64,000 bases of DNA from the human T2T-CHM13v2.0 reference genome, Homo sapiens: assembly GCF_009914755.1 (NCBI RefSeq), contig NC_060947.1, one strand, 5' to 3'. Positions within the stretch are counted from its first letter, which is position 1, and every line of letters starts with the position of its first letter. Below the pieces are notes generated by a model. The model did not search any database, had not been told where the DNA came from, and saw only the letters and a program-made list of their open reading frames with translations. A program made the translations under genes and the position numbers. Below, one piece after another: positions 1 to 17,796 of this stretch.

Positions 1-361
1 GAGCTCACATATGCAAGTTTTTATTTGGCATTGATTTATACAAGTGGAATTTCTCAGTCAAAGGGCTCAATGGCATTTCTAATACTTGTATCTCAGGTTC
101 AATTAGGATAGAATTAGGATAGTGTTAATGCAGCAGCTAAATTTGTGATAAAAACTGAATATATTTAACGAATGTGGAAAAGAAATCGCCCAATAAAATG
201 CCCTATTGGAAGTTGTAAGATTGCACCTACGATTTCTCTTTACTATGTGAGTGCAGTTATATCCAAATCCTACCCATTCCGCAAAGTCCAGCTCAAATGC
301 TCAAACACCCCCTGTTCCAGAAAACCTTTCATAGACCTAAGAAGATATGATCTCTCCTGCC

Positions 362-766
<405 letters not shown>

Positions 767-1009
767 TAGTGTCTTTAATTCATACTGCATTCTCCCTCAG
801 TGTGTAGCACCATGCTCAATGTTTATGTATTTAAATAGAAGTCTTAAACCAGAAGAAGTGAAATCTACAATCTCAAGAATGAGCATAGAGCCTGCACAAT
901 GGCCAGATGGTGTTTGTGCACCATCAGTGTGACATATGCTTCCCATGGCTCACAATACTCTGCAGAAATTGCTTACTTCTCCTACTCTATCTTGTACCAC
1001 TCTTCTTCC

Positions 1010-1375
1010 TTCTACGCTCCAGCCACACTGGCCTTTTTTTGGTCTTTGAACACACTAAGTCTGCCCCCATCTCTAGGCCTTCGTTCCTGGCATTTCTGTC
1101 GCCTGGAATGGTCTACCTGCTGATCTCTGCTGACTGCTTCTTTAAGACTCAGCTCAGTGTTTACCTCCTCAAAGAAGCTTTTCTTGATCATCTATTTTAA
1201 ACTAGGTCCCCAACTCCAGTTACTCTCTATCAACTCACCTTAATTCTCTACATAGCATTTATGTTTCTGAAATTAACATGTTCATTTCTTTGCACTGACA
1301 TGTGAGCTCCAGGAGAGGAGGGACCTTGCCTGTCTTGTTCAATGCTGTGCACCTTCAGTGGCTACCATAGAGCCT
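1010..1375 (+). mobile_element. L2 LINE 3' fragment
   Basis: Degenerate L2 3' motifs (ctccagccacactggcc; tgagctcc...ggacc...tgtcttgttca). Confidence 0.6.
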
Positions 1376-1384
1376 GTGGTACTA

Positions 1385-1930
1385 AGAATGCTTTTGGCTG
1401 AAAGTAACAGAATATTCATCTAAACGTGTCATAAACTGCAGGGGTTTATTTTTCTTACATAAAAAGGAACTAGAGGTAGGCAGTATCAGGCCTGGTTCAA
1501 CAGTTCAATGCTGTCTGGATTCTGCATTGGCTTCTCTGAGATTGCCTTGGCCTTGCCTCATGGTTGCAATATGGCTGCCAAGGGCCAAAGCATTGCAAGA
1601 AAACATCCCTCTCAGGAAGAAAGTGGGGCCTGGGCCTCTCTCCTTTTTTTTTCATCAAGGTAGAAAAACTTTCCCAGGAACCCTCCTCTCACACTTCCCT
1701 CTTATATCTTATTGGCCCAAACCGATTGGGAGTCTAGACCATCCCACTAGTCAATAAGAGGGAGCTTATCATGGTTTTTTCATCAGTCATGATTCATCAC
1801 CTGGAGTTGGGCCTGCCTTCCTTAAACCCTGTGGCTCTGCCCTATATCTGAAGTAAATCTGGGCTCTCTTTGCAAGCAAAAAGTGTTATAGCTATTGTGG
1901 TGGTAACCAACAGCATGAGCCACACAGGCA
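1385..1930 (-). mobile_element. Old MLT1-type (ERVL-MaLR) LTR
   Basis: tggctgaaagtaacaga...tttattttcttacataa...gaggtaggcag resembles an antisense MLT1J/K end. Confidence 0.45.
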
Positions 1931-2689
1931 TTTATGGAACAGAGGGTATGAATTCTTGGAGATCAGCCTACACGCAACAATTAACAAATTTTACACGTAC
2001 TGTGCAAAACTAAGATTTGTGACAGAATGTCTTTAGAGGACTTCCAGGTCCCAGGCCCTCTAGGAGCCTCCATATATGCTTTATTGAGACTGATGGGATG
2101 GCTGAAATAGGCTTACTGCGAAGAGACTTGGCCTTTTCTGGGTTCAAAGAAACCATCACCACGCATGCCCTTGTTTCCATAATAAAGTCCCCTAAAAGAC
2201 TGTTTGGTCTTTGAGGGTGGGGAAAGTGCCTGATGGGTGGTGGTAGGACTGCTTTCAGAAGGGCTGCTCGGTCCCCCAGACTGAGGGCCATTTTCAAACT
2301 CTCAACAAATGAAATAACCAGATAGAAAACTGCCACCATCAGTGGAGCCTTTCACTCTGCACTTCAGGAGGTCTGACAGGGTCACTAGTACTTCAAGATT
2401 CCCGTCCCTATTTCTGTCTTAAGCATGTTCGTTTTATACCCTGTTATGAGATGTTCTTTGATTCTTGGAAAAACAATTTCTTGGAAGCTGAAAAGAGTAA
2501 GGAGATGAATAGGAAATGGAGAGGTGAGTGCAGGGCACTTGTAAAAGCTACTATAAGATTGGTAAGTCCACCAAACCCAGGGAGATGGCCTTCCTAATGC
2601 CCACCCCCACCCCACTCCTGGTGCAGTCAGTGCTGACCTAGGGATCACCTGCCACAGGCTCAGGCTCCACCACCCAGCTCTCCCCCGTG

Positions 2690-4440
<1,751 letters not shown>

Positions 4441-7400
4441 GATTTGGGGGAAGACTGGGTGTGTCAGTCCAGGGATGGAGGACCTGGGGTCAGAGCCCCA
4501 CAGCTCAGGACTGGGGGATGGGGATTCGAAAGCGCGCTGACTCCCTGGGAACCCTCCCAGAGCACCCTCAGCCTTATCCAGATTGTCTGACTCTGGAGAA
4601 AGGCTAAAGGGTGCTAACGGGCACTTGCCCCTTCTCTTGTTTTCAAGACACTCGTTGCCAGTTTCCTGGACAAGCGAACAAACCCTGAATAAGCAATCGG
4701 ACTGATTAATTAGTGTTTGTTTTGTTACTTTGTTTTTTGGTTGTTGTTTTTGTTTGTTTTTGTCTCCCTCAGCTCCATTTTACAGCGAGTCGTTTGCTGT
4801 GTTTAAATTTCACCGTTTAAGAGAGGGCTCTTTTTGTTAAAACAACTTGTCATCGGAAGGGAACTTCACAGCTTTTCCTTGTAATTTTTCTGTTGATCTT
4901 GTAGAATCAGCAATAAAACCCAGCATTAAAGGGAGGCCAGGGGCTTGATCCCAACAGTGGAGAAAGTTGACATTAGTGGGAGTTCTGGAGGAGGATCAAA
5001 GGTAAACTATGTACCTTTGAGATAAAGATCTGATCCCTAATAGCTACAACTGTGCAAACCTAAGTGACTTTAAAGAAATCTCTTTATTGTGGCTAGACCC
5101 TTGAAAGTTTAATTCTGCTGTTTAGTGGAGCTAAATCCAGACCTTTAATGTTACTTTAATGGACTTGGCTTGTGTATTTCAGTCTGATTTTGGAGTGAGG
5201 ACCTGTTGAGGTCAGATTGGAGCCTTGCCTGTCATCACAGCCAGTTAAGAGAGGAAGGCAAGCTGTGTGCAGAGCATTTATACCAGGGCTCTCATCTTGG
5301 GTGATTGTTAACACGTGATTCAATCTACCTAGCAGAGAACGCTTTCCTAAATTCAGAGAAAACAAAAAACCTTCCTTGAGCGGGGTTGGCTGGCCTTCTA
5401 CCACAACACGTGAAGAAAGCTGTAGGTGGCCAGATTTCTCGAGAATAAATGGGACTAAGAAAACTTCCACTGGGATTTGATCAGCACTTGACCTGCCACC
5501 CTAGCAGCAAAAAGTTAACATTAGCATTCTTTCCCCTGTTTTTAGGTTTTCAAAAGAATTTTGTGCATTGTAGGTTCAGCGGCTCCTTCCTGACCATTGA
5601 TTCTATGGCGAAGGAGGAAAAACTGTTATTGGCAGGAGTCTTTTCTAGGAGACGCTGGCAGTGGCCATGGTTCCCTTGTCAGCCCAGCTTACTTGGGACC
5701 AAGGTCATTGATTTTTACCGTTTACACCAGGCAATGCAGAGGAATATTTACTCATTACTCTAGTATGTGAACCACATTGAGATTTTGGGAGTGAGGGAGA
5801 ACAGATTCTAGTAATCTAAATCAATGAATATCTATTGAGCCCTTACAATGTGCCAGACACAATGCTAGATGCTCTATAATTATGAGAATGCAAATGATCT
5901 TTTTCTTCATTTGTTTTCATTATTTACAATCTGGGTTGGTTGTGTGTATGGGAATGTCTTTGTCAATAGGACACCCAGATTATGCACACAAATCAAGTTT
6001 AGATTCTTCATAGAGCCTTAGCAAATGCTATTTGTAAGCAGTTTAGTCAACGAAAAAATAAGGAAATAGTTCTTACATGGAATGTATGCTCCTAAATGAC
6101 TCTCTCTCACAAAGAGCTGTTAACCAAAGTTAGTAAAACCACGAGTGGCTGGAGAGTGAGGGGACCATGTTGCAGCTGCTGCCATAACTTCTGATTCTTT
6201 TAAGGGACAGCTGAGGTAGGATTTACACTTGTGCTATAAACCCAAGATACTCACATTGGGGCTTCAATATGAGTTAGAGCCATTACCGCAGCAAGTCAAG
6301 CTTTCCTCTGGTGTATCTCTTGTTAGAACATGGAAAACCCACCAAGCTGTACAAATATACAGTATTTCCTGTTTAGGTTTTTTTTTTATTTTTTTTTTAA
6401 GGATTTTGGAATTACACCCTTGTTGGCCTGTTGCTGACATCATTCAGTTTTCCTCACTGTTTGAAAAATTCAGATGGCTGGGCCTGGGCTATATATAGCA
6501 TGTTGTTGCGTATTCAAACTGTTATTCAGTTATTAGTACTTCCACGAATCTATTAACTAACTACATAATAAAGCAGACAGAGAGACTGTTCCACTGTTAC
6601 TGCATTTTCCTATAAGTTCAGCATTTTTATGAAGGTCAGTTTTAACCCAGGGAAAGGGATAATTACAGAATCATCATTGACAGATTTCTCAAGAGGGGAT
6701 TGGGGAGAAACATTATAACCTGAGAGTGTATGTGATTAAGAGAGAAGTGTTTACATATGTACTTGTTTAAAATGCAGAGTTTTAAATTTTTAAATTGATT
6801 TTGTTGTAATTCAGGATGTAGCTACTGGTGCCGCAGGGGAACAAAGGCATTTTGCTAAACCTGTTGTATTATGGCCGCCCTTTAGAGAAGCCACTTTATC
6901 AGCCTGGAAGAGTTGCCTAGTAGCTGTTTAAATACTGTTTACTGCGGAGCTTACCCTCAATTCCTTGTGCGCCAAAAGATCGGGAAAGAGTTGCTAGATA
7001 TTAGGGGTTGTAGCCCCTGGACGCGCCGTAATGCACGCAGCGTCCTCTGGCTGGCATCAGCCAGATTTCGTTTAATAGCTCCAGTAGAGAAAAGCTCTCC
7101 AGAAGCTGAGAATGGCTGAAAAGCGTCTGCAGCTGTTGACTCCCCCAACCCGCCGCTCACAACTACCTTTGCATGGAATGTTTGTTATGTTTGCATTTAG
7201 GGAAGCGCTGAAACGGAACCACTCCTCTGCTCCCTCTTCCCAAGGGAATTTGTGTAAAGTAGGTAATATAGGACAAAACCCACAGCCTCATCTCTAAGGA
7301 GGTGAGAACAATACGGAATCAAAGCCAGTTTCAACTTGGGCTTCTTGACCAAGCATTTCCAGTTCAGAGGCTCTCAATGAACTGAGCTGTCAATGAACTG

Positions 7401-7639
7401 AGGGTCAGGAAAGTTAACCAGAGTGTTAGCACCTAAACATAAAATAGTCTCGCTACTGGAGGTTAGCAGGGCCCAGAGCAAGCCACTCCACCAGGATCTG
7501 TACAAAAGACCGGTGCAGGTTGCTGTGAAGCCAGAGAGGCCTCCTTGCTGAACCCTTGTTTAAGCACCAAATAGGAAAATTTGTTTTCTGAGACTAACAT
7601 GTTAAAAAATTCTCTGGATTGAGTCTTTTTCTATTCTAA

Positions 7640-7970
<331 letters not shown>

Positions 7971-8113
7971 TTCATTGCTTTATTACATGCCAAATGCTTG
8001 TTTATTGTACAACAGCTAGAAAAACAGAAAAGTAAGAATAATTATCACCATCTCATTACCCAGAGGAAGCTCCGTAAATATTTTAATGTAAATATTTACC
8101 TTTCTCTCTTTCT

Positions 8114-8210
8114 ATGTGTATATATACACATCTATAAATACACATATATACTGTATATATAGATGTATACATATCTATACATACATATACATACCCACAC
8201 ACATATATGG
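8114..8210. repeat. TA/CA-rich low-complexity tract
   Basis: Degenerate tatacaca repeats. Confidence 0.75.
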
Positions 8211-8234
8211 ATGGAAAGAAATATACACAAACTT

Positions 8235-8565
<331 letters not shown>

Positions 8566-8822
8566 ACACAAACTTTTAAATAATTTTTTTCATTTATCAG
8601 TATCTTATGAATATTTTTTGATGTCAATAAATACAAATCTATATAATCATATTTAATGACTGCCTAAATTTTCATTATGGGTGTACCAGAGGTAATTATC
8701 ATTTATTGTTTGATATTTTGATAGTTTTTCTAATTTTGTGCTGTTATAAACATGAACTATAAAGGTAAATAGCTATATATCTTTCTTTACTTTTAAATTT
8801 AAATTAATTAAAAATAATCATA

Positions 8823-9128
<306 letters not shown>

Positions 9129-9139
9129 TCAGTTTCTAA

Positions 9140-9206
9140 ATTTCACTTGCCACAGTTCAAGTGCTCAATAGCCACATGTGGCTAGTGGCTACTATATTGG
9201 ACTGCA
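9140..9206. mobile_element. MER3/MER33-like hAT DNA transposon fragment
   Basis: ttcaagtgctcaatagccacatgtggctagtggctactatattggac signature. Confidence 0.75.
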
Positions 9207-9279
9207 TATACTATATATGCAGATAAAGAGCATTACCATCAGTAACTGAGTGAATGTCTTTGAGAAGGCATCTTCAAAA

Positions 9280-9610
9280 TTGCCAAATCGTCCCCTTAGG
9301 ATAAATTTCTAGCAGTGAACTTGCTTGCTCAAAGATTACACTGTATGCATTTTTAGTATTAAAAATTCCTCTTAAACATACTGTTAAATTGCTCTACAGA
9401 AAGTAGCTTCAGTTTACTCTTTCACCAGGAGAGTGTGAGGGTGTTCATTTCCCCTCTCCCATGCCAACGCTTGTTAGTAATATTTTAAAAATTTTTTGCA
9501 GTTTGATAGGAAATAAATGGTACATCACCGTTCTAATTTGCATTTCTTTGATTACTCTTAAAGTTGAACAGTTTTTCATGTTGATTGGCCTTTCATAGTT
9601 CTTCTGTTGA
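9280..9610 (-). mobile_element. Old L1M fragment
   Basis: Antisense L1 ORF2/3' motifs (aatttgcatttctttgattac...gttgaaca..tttttcatg). Confidence 0.65.
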
Positions 9611-9669
9611 GGCTTGAATGAATCTGCTTACAGACTTATTTCCTCGTTTGTGATTCTTGCAATACAGTC

Positions 9670-9765
9670 TCCATCCCCCAAGATTCTGTTTTGCTAAGTC
9701 TGGGGTGGGGCCTGCATCTGTATTCTTTAAAAGGACCCCAGATGATTCTCATGTGCACAGAAACA
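9670..9765. mobile_element. MER5-like fragment
   Basis: gattctg...tctggggtggggcc...tctgtatt...cccagatgattct. Confidence 0.6.
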
Positions 9766-9769
9766 CTCA

Positions 9770-10165
9770 TCTAGACCGCTTGTCCACTCAAGGCAGGAAT
9801 GTCCTTTCCACCCAGCCCTGACAAATGATTATTTAGCTTCTCCTTAAACACCCCTGCCTGTTAGAGGGCTATGTTAGAAAAGGTTCTTGAGCCGAAATTT
9901 ACTGTGTAAATTTCACCATGGGCTAGACCTAGCTCTGCTGTTGGAGCCACACGTTTGCTTCCTTCCTCTTTTGCATAACAACCTCTCAAATATTTAGAGA
10001 CAGCCACCATGTCATTTTAAAATTCACTCTTCACAAAGCCAAAGAGGCTACATTTCTTTCCTTCGTTCCCCACATGACTTGGTTTCAAGATTCTTCATAT
10101 CATTATCATCCTGTTTGGGCTCTTTTCCAAGTTTTCTACGTCCTACTTAAGATGTGAGAGACAGA
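9770..10165 (-). mobile_element. L3/CR1-like fragment
   Basis: Degenerate CR1-like motifs; by-eye recognition only. Confidence 0.4.
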
Positions 10166-10169
10166 GCAT

Positions 10170-10360
10170 AAGCTAGAGGATCAGATCTGGTCTTGAACCC
10201 AACGTCTGTCACTTGCCTGAATTGTGAACAGACGCAAGTAACCTGGTCTCATTTTCCTTATCTGTGAAATGGGAATAAATAGTAGTACCTCCCTTGTGGA
10301 GTTCTTGGGAATAACGAAGGTAACATATGGAAAGTTTCTAATGTATAAGTGATTCATAAA
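10170..10360 (+). mobile_element. MIR
   Basis: MIR core tctcattttccttatctgtgaaatgggaataa. Confidence 0.7.
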
Positions 10361-10693
10361 GGTTAAAAAAAGAGATCTGGCCAAAACAAAACAAACAAAC
10401 AAACAAACAAAAAAACAGTATTCCAGAAGGATCTGCCACTGAATACAGTCAGGGAGGGGGCAATGTTTTGTATCATTTCTGGGTGTGAGCCGAGAAGCCG
10501 GGGGCTGTGTATTCATTTTTATTCCCAGCCCAGCCCCTCACACAGTGTCTGGAGTGCAGTAGATTCTTAGGTGTTTTGTGAAAATACACTGCCAACCTTG
10601 GGTAGGATGGACTCATTGTTGGGAGAAGAGCCTGGAGGCCAGGAAATGACTTAAAATACAGTTAATATAGTTCTGGAGAGAGATAACAGAGGC

Positions 10694-10981
10694 TTTTTTT
10701 TTTTTTTTTTTTGAAATGGAGTTTCACTCTTGTCGCCCAGGCACGATCTTGGCTCACTGCAACCTCTGCCTCCCGGGTTCAAGCGATTCTCCTGCCTCGG
10801 GCTCCTGAGTAGCTGGGATTACAGATGCGTGCCACCACGCCCCATATAATTTTTGTATTTTTAGTAGAGACGGGGTTTCACCACGTTGGCCAGGCTGATC
10901 TCGAACTCCTGACCTCAGGTGATCCACCCACCTCTGCCTCCCAAAGTGCTGGGATTACAGGCCTGAGCCACTGCACCAGGC
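10694..10981 (-). mobile_element. Alu (AluS-type, small internal deletion)
   Basis: Antisense Alu lacking gctggagtgcaatg; TSD aacaRaggctttt. Confidence 0.9.
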
Positions 10982-12509
10982 GAACAAAGGCTTTTAACTG
11001 AGGCAATGAGAATGGAGATAAGGGAGAAGACATAAGAAACATTGTGCTGAGAAAATCAACAGGATTTGGTGATTCTTAAAAGGGAAGGAGAAGGGGGAGG
11101 AAGAAAGAGAGGAAGAGCGGAGGTGGAGTCAAGATAATTTTGAGGTTTCTCAGCTTGTGTGAACTGAAGGAAAAGCAAGTTTGTTGATAGGGGAAGGGAA
11201 AAGAAAATGAGCAACTTCTGTTTGAGAGAGTTGTCAGGGCAAAGCCAGGTTTCAGTTAAGCAAGATGGTGGCTGAGCATATAAGGTTGTCTTTTGGCAAA
11301 GGACTAGGGTTCTCGAGGGCAGAGGTGGAAAGTGTTCCAAGTGGGTTCAGGAAGGAGAAGAAGAGCCAGGAAAAGGCCAGGGCTGAGTGGACAGAGATGA
11401 AATTGTAGGCGAGATTAGCTGATTGAAGAGGTTTGCACCTTTGGGGGTGATTAGGGAAGTGGGAGGCAGGGTGTGGGGAAACGATCTGGAGGCCAGCCCC
11501 AGACTTCCAGTTAGAATGGGGTGGGGATGGGAAGTGAGTCCACCCCTTGGGCAGATCCCACTCTGGGGTGGGTCTGAGCAGCAGTTGCCTTGAGGAGCAG
11601 GGGGTCAGTGAGGGGTTGACTTCCTGCTCAGGTGCTCAGGAAGAGGCTAATAGGATAGTTCCTGCTTTTAAGGGAGACTAGAAGTACGCAAATAACCTAC
11701 AGAAGATAGAAGCCAGATAGGAGTCCAGTGGTCATTGGTTTCCCAGTCTTCACCCCATCTCCGACCCCCACCCCAGCCCCCAGTGCTCTCTCTTAAGATC
11801 CTTAACGTTTTTCAAGACTTTCGTCCTTTCTGGGTTCGACAAGGTTAAATAGGCCTTTACTAATGAACATTGTTCTGTTTATGGCATTTCCCACATTTAT
11901 TTGACCACAGACCCTGCCCCACCCCCAACCGGCTTTTTATGGAAAGTGGAGAGTAAATGGTAACATCTAACAGGCTGAGAAATTCCTATATAGTGTGCGT
12001 GTGTAACTAACTCATCTTGGCGTTCTCTTACTTGACCTCTGTGGATTGCAAGCAGTGGTTGCTACTTTCCCATGCTCCACGTCAAGAACCACCCTTGCTG
12101 TTCAGTTCAGAGGAGTAATTCACCTGTCTGATTGTGCTTTCTCCTGAGCTATAGAATTGTCAGCAAGTCATGTTGAAAGACGATTAGTTTTTAAAAATAA
12201 TTTGTTTATCATGGAAGGGGAGGCCAAAACTACATGAGGGTACAGCTCGAGCCATTTCTTCTGTAAATCCTAAGGGTACTTAGAATACGTTTCTCTTTGA
12301 GATTTACCCCTCTTGGTTTAATTTTTATCAGGCATGCAGAGGAGTTGGTGGGTAACATTGGCCTGCCGTTTATATCAGCCTACAGCCAGATGCCTTTTTG
12401 ATTCCTTGCAGGACCCCACCCTGGACGCTCCCAGAGCAGTAGCTTGAATGGAGCAAAGAGACAGCCTCAGTTAGCTGCCATTGCCTTTGTAAGCTTGTGC
12501 TTCAGAGCA

Positions 12510-13050
<541 letters not shown>

Positions 13051-13596
13051 CCCCAGGCTTTATGGTGGGCAAGAGACGTCTTTTGTATATGTGTTACAAG
13101 TCAGCAGACAGAAAAGTTAACTGGAAGAGGGGAAGCAGGTACCCTTGCTTTAATTCCTTGCTCCAGATGATGCCCCAAAGGGGTGAGCCACATGGCTGAT
13201 CCAAGAATCTTACCCTTCCTGGAAGAACAAGCTGGCAGACCCCTCTGCATGAGGTTCTTGCCAATACCCGTTCCCAGTCTGACTTAGTCATACTGAAAAG
13301 CCTAGTGGATGGTAGCAAGGGTTCTGGGTTTTTGGCATTTTCTACCTTCACACGAGTTTAATGAGTGAGTGGGAAGGCTGGTCCTCAAGTGGGGAGAAGC
13401 ACTCTGTCCTGTGCCTTGGGCCGGAAGGCTCTCCAGACTGGGGAAACTGTACCTGTGGCCTTTGGCAGAAGCACTTACCTTTATGCCAGCCTGTTCAGTG
13501 TGATTTATGCAAAGGGGTGAATAGAAGAGAATTGGGATCTGTGTGGAAAAACAGAGCTTGGACATGCCTACCTTTCCCTTTCAAACCTTCACTGAT

Positions 13597-14298
<702 letters not shown>

Positions 14299-14380
14299 TT
14301 ATATTTTGGAAACATACGTTTTAATAGGAAATTTTAAAACTTAAAGCTGTCTCGAGAAATTATTCTTTTATATTTGGCTA

Positions 14381-14578
<198 letters not shown>

Positions 14579-14956
14579 CTAGCAGAGTCAGTACAGTGGA
14601 AAACATGCCGAGTGTTCCAGCTCTACGTGGTTCATCTTTTGTCTGTGTACAGCCTTGCACAATCATGCCTAAATTTGCTATTAATGATTTCCTGCGATTC
14701 TTCTCCACTTTTATTGCCTATTGAGTTTATTGTTCATGGGAAGTTATGTGCTTTTGCCTTTTTTGACTTCTGTTGGATTGTGTATATGTTTCAAGCTGCT
14801 AAGAAATGTTAGAAGATATTCTGATACTTCAGCGTTCCTATCGCATTGCTTTCCCTAATGACTGGAAATATTTTACTGGGTAAGATTTAACTGAGAAGTC
14901 AAGTGTTGCTTCCAAGTCTCTGAGACAGAACATCTTTATTTGAAGTGTTTCAGTGA

Positions 14957-15274
<318 letters not shown>

Positions 15275-16889
15275 CGTTTTTTAAATGGTGACAAGACCTT
15301 GAGTTTTTATAGCCGAAATCTTAAGACTTAAAAATGCTGTTATATCTATCTGTGGCCTCATATGTCTACAGGTCACTACTGAACACATATCACATAGTCA
15401 TCACCCCTCTTCTGTAAGTGGGGAAACAGAGGCATGGTTTTCAGTGAGGCAGGCCATAGGTTATTTATATTAATGAAATGACAGAGCAGGTAATGAACTC
15501 CAGGTGTCCTGATTCCTTTGGAGTAACCATGTGAAGAAATACTAGAGGGATGCCAGATTCCACAGTCAATCAGGTGGAGAAAGCTCTTTCTGTGTGGTTT
15601 TGGTGATGATCTCGCTCTATTGGGAAACAGTGTTTATTTCTAAACAAGCTTAGGTCTCTTTAGTGGGAAAGTAGGAGGTGAGGACAAAAAAAAAAAAGAG
15701 GGATGGGGTTGTTATTGAGAAATGTGGGCAAGATCAGTATAGATTTTTGCTTGCCAAAGTAAGCCTAAGGATATTGAGAACTGTTTGCAATTGGCCATCC
15801 CTCCTTACTTTGCTATTTGAATAACTATATGGAAAAAAATATCCAGAACACTGGCTCTGCAGAGGTACCTGGGATCATTTTCATGGAACTGTTTTCATGA
15901 TTTTTTTCAAGTGGGTTAGTGCTGTCCAAAAATAACAACATATATATTTCTTTCCATGCCTTTTATATTAGTAGTTTAGTTTTCCCACTTGAGAAACTGC
16001 CAGCTTTATGCCTTGCAGGGCCTGTTGTCACAGTGTTCACGGTGTGAATGGAAGAGTGCTGTTGGCATGGCCAGTTTACTTTCATAGGTGAACACGTTCC
16101 TAATGCTTCAGTACATTAAATCGTTTCCTAGAGATCTGAAGGAGGGAATGCTACCTTCCAAGGTACCTACCTTCCCACCAAGAAATAACTTAAGTTCAAG
16201 AAGGTTCTAAATCAACCGGTACATACATGGAACTGAATCGTTATTTCAAAGCTCACAGGGGCCAATAGCTCTCGTTGTGTCCAGCCGAGTGTTTACGACA
16301 TGCTCTATAGTTTGTGGAGCAAAGAAAGCCCTCCCTTGCTAACTTGACCCTGGGGAGACTTGCTCCTCTACTCCTAGTGACCGACATGACCACTTGCAAG
16401 GGAACTTGGCCTCCGTCTGTCCCCGCTAAATGGTCTGGCAGAATTCTCATCAGGAGAGCCAGAAGAAAATTCCATAAGGCTTCTCGCTTCAGTTCTGTAA
16501 TAACAAACCCAGCTCCCTCTCCCTGCCTGCCCTGCTTCCTTTGCTCAGTACTGCCCCTAGGCTCAGAGACATCAGGGAGTCTCATATTCAGAGCCCAGGT
16601 TCTTCAAGTCCATAGGCTGCTGGTTCTGCCCTGCCTTTAAAATCCATTTCCAGTCAACTGGATTTGGATCTTCTTGTCCCCTTGTGTCTTTGTCTCACTC
16701 ACTGTATCTCTGTCTGGCCCCCTAGCCTGTCCATAGCTAACCCCCTGCCTCAGTTTTCTGGCTAATCGCCCAGTTCCTCTAGGAGTAAGTTCTTGCCTTG
16801 TTGCTGGCCTTCCTGAGGAGGGGTGCCTTACCCTCACCAGGACCATATGACTGAGCCCAGCACAGTGGAACTGTGGATTGAAGGGGTGA

Positions 16890-17225
<336 letters not shown>

Positions 17226-17286
17226 AAGTGCCTGGGATAACGCAGTCCAGCAAGTGGCCCTGTTGAGGACTGGACTAGCTTTATGG

Positions 17287-17796
17287 TCTATTAGTTTCCT
17301 ATTGCCACTGTAATGAATTGCCACAAACTTAGTGTCTTAACACAGATGTGTTCCAGTTCTAGAGATCGGAAGGCCAAAATTGGTTTCACTGAGCTAAAGC
17401 CAAGGTGTCCAAAAAGCCTCACTTCTTCCAGAAGCTGTAGGGGAGGATCCATTGCCTGGTCTCTTCCAGCTTCTAGAGGATGCCCACATTCCTTGGCTCA
17501 TGGCCCCTTCCTCCCTCCTCAAACCAGCAATGACTGGTCGAGTCTTTCTCACATCCTATCAGTCTCACACTGCTTCTGTCATTATATCTCCTTCTCTGAC
17601 ACCGGCTCTCTTGCCTCCCTCTTTCACTTATAAGGACCTTGGTTCCACCTTGGTAATCTAGGATAATTGCCCCATCTCCAAATCCTTAATTTAATCATGC
17701 CTGCAAAGTCTTCTTTGCCATGTAAAGTAACATATTCACAGGTTCCACGGATTAAGATGTGGCCATCATTGAGGAACCATTATTCTGCCTATCACA
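17287..17796 (-). mobile_element. MLT1-type MaLR solo LTR
   Basis: Termini ctattagtttcctattgcc...ccattattctgcctatcaca match an antisense MLT1C/D. Confidence 0.78.

Noticed and set aside
7374-7402. Short direct duplications (tcaatgaactgag x2; also ~101-122 and 23273-23318)
   Set aside because: Two-copy local slippage duplications; no repeat-spacer array, not CRISPR-like
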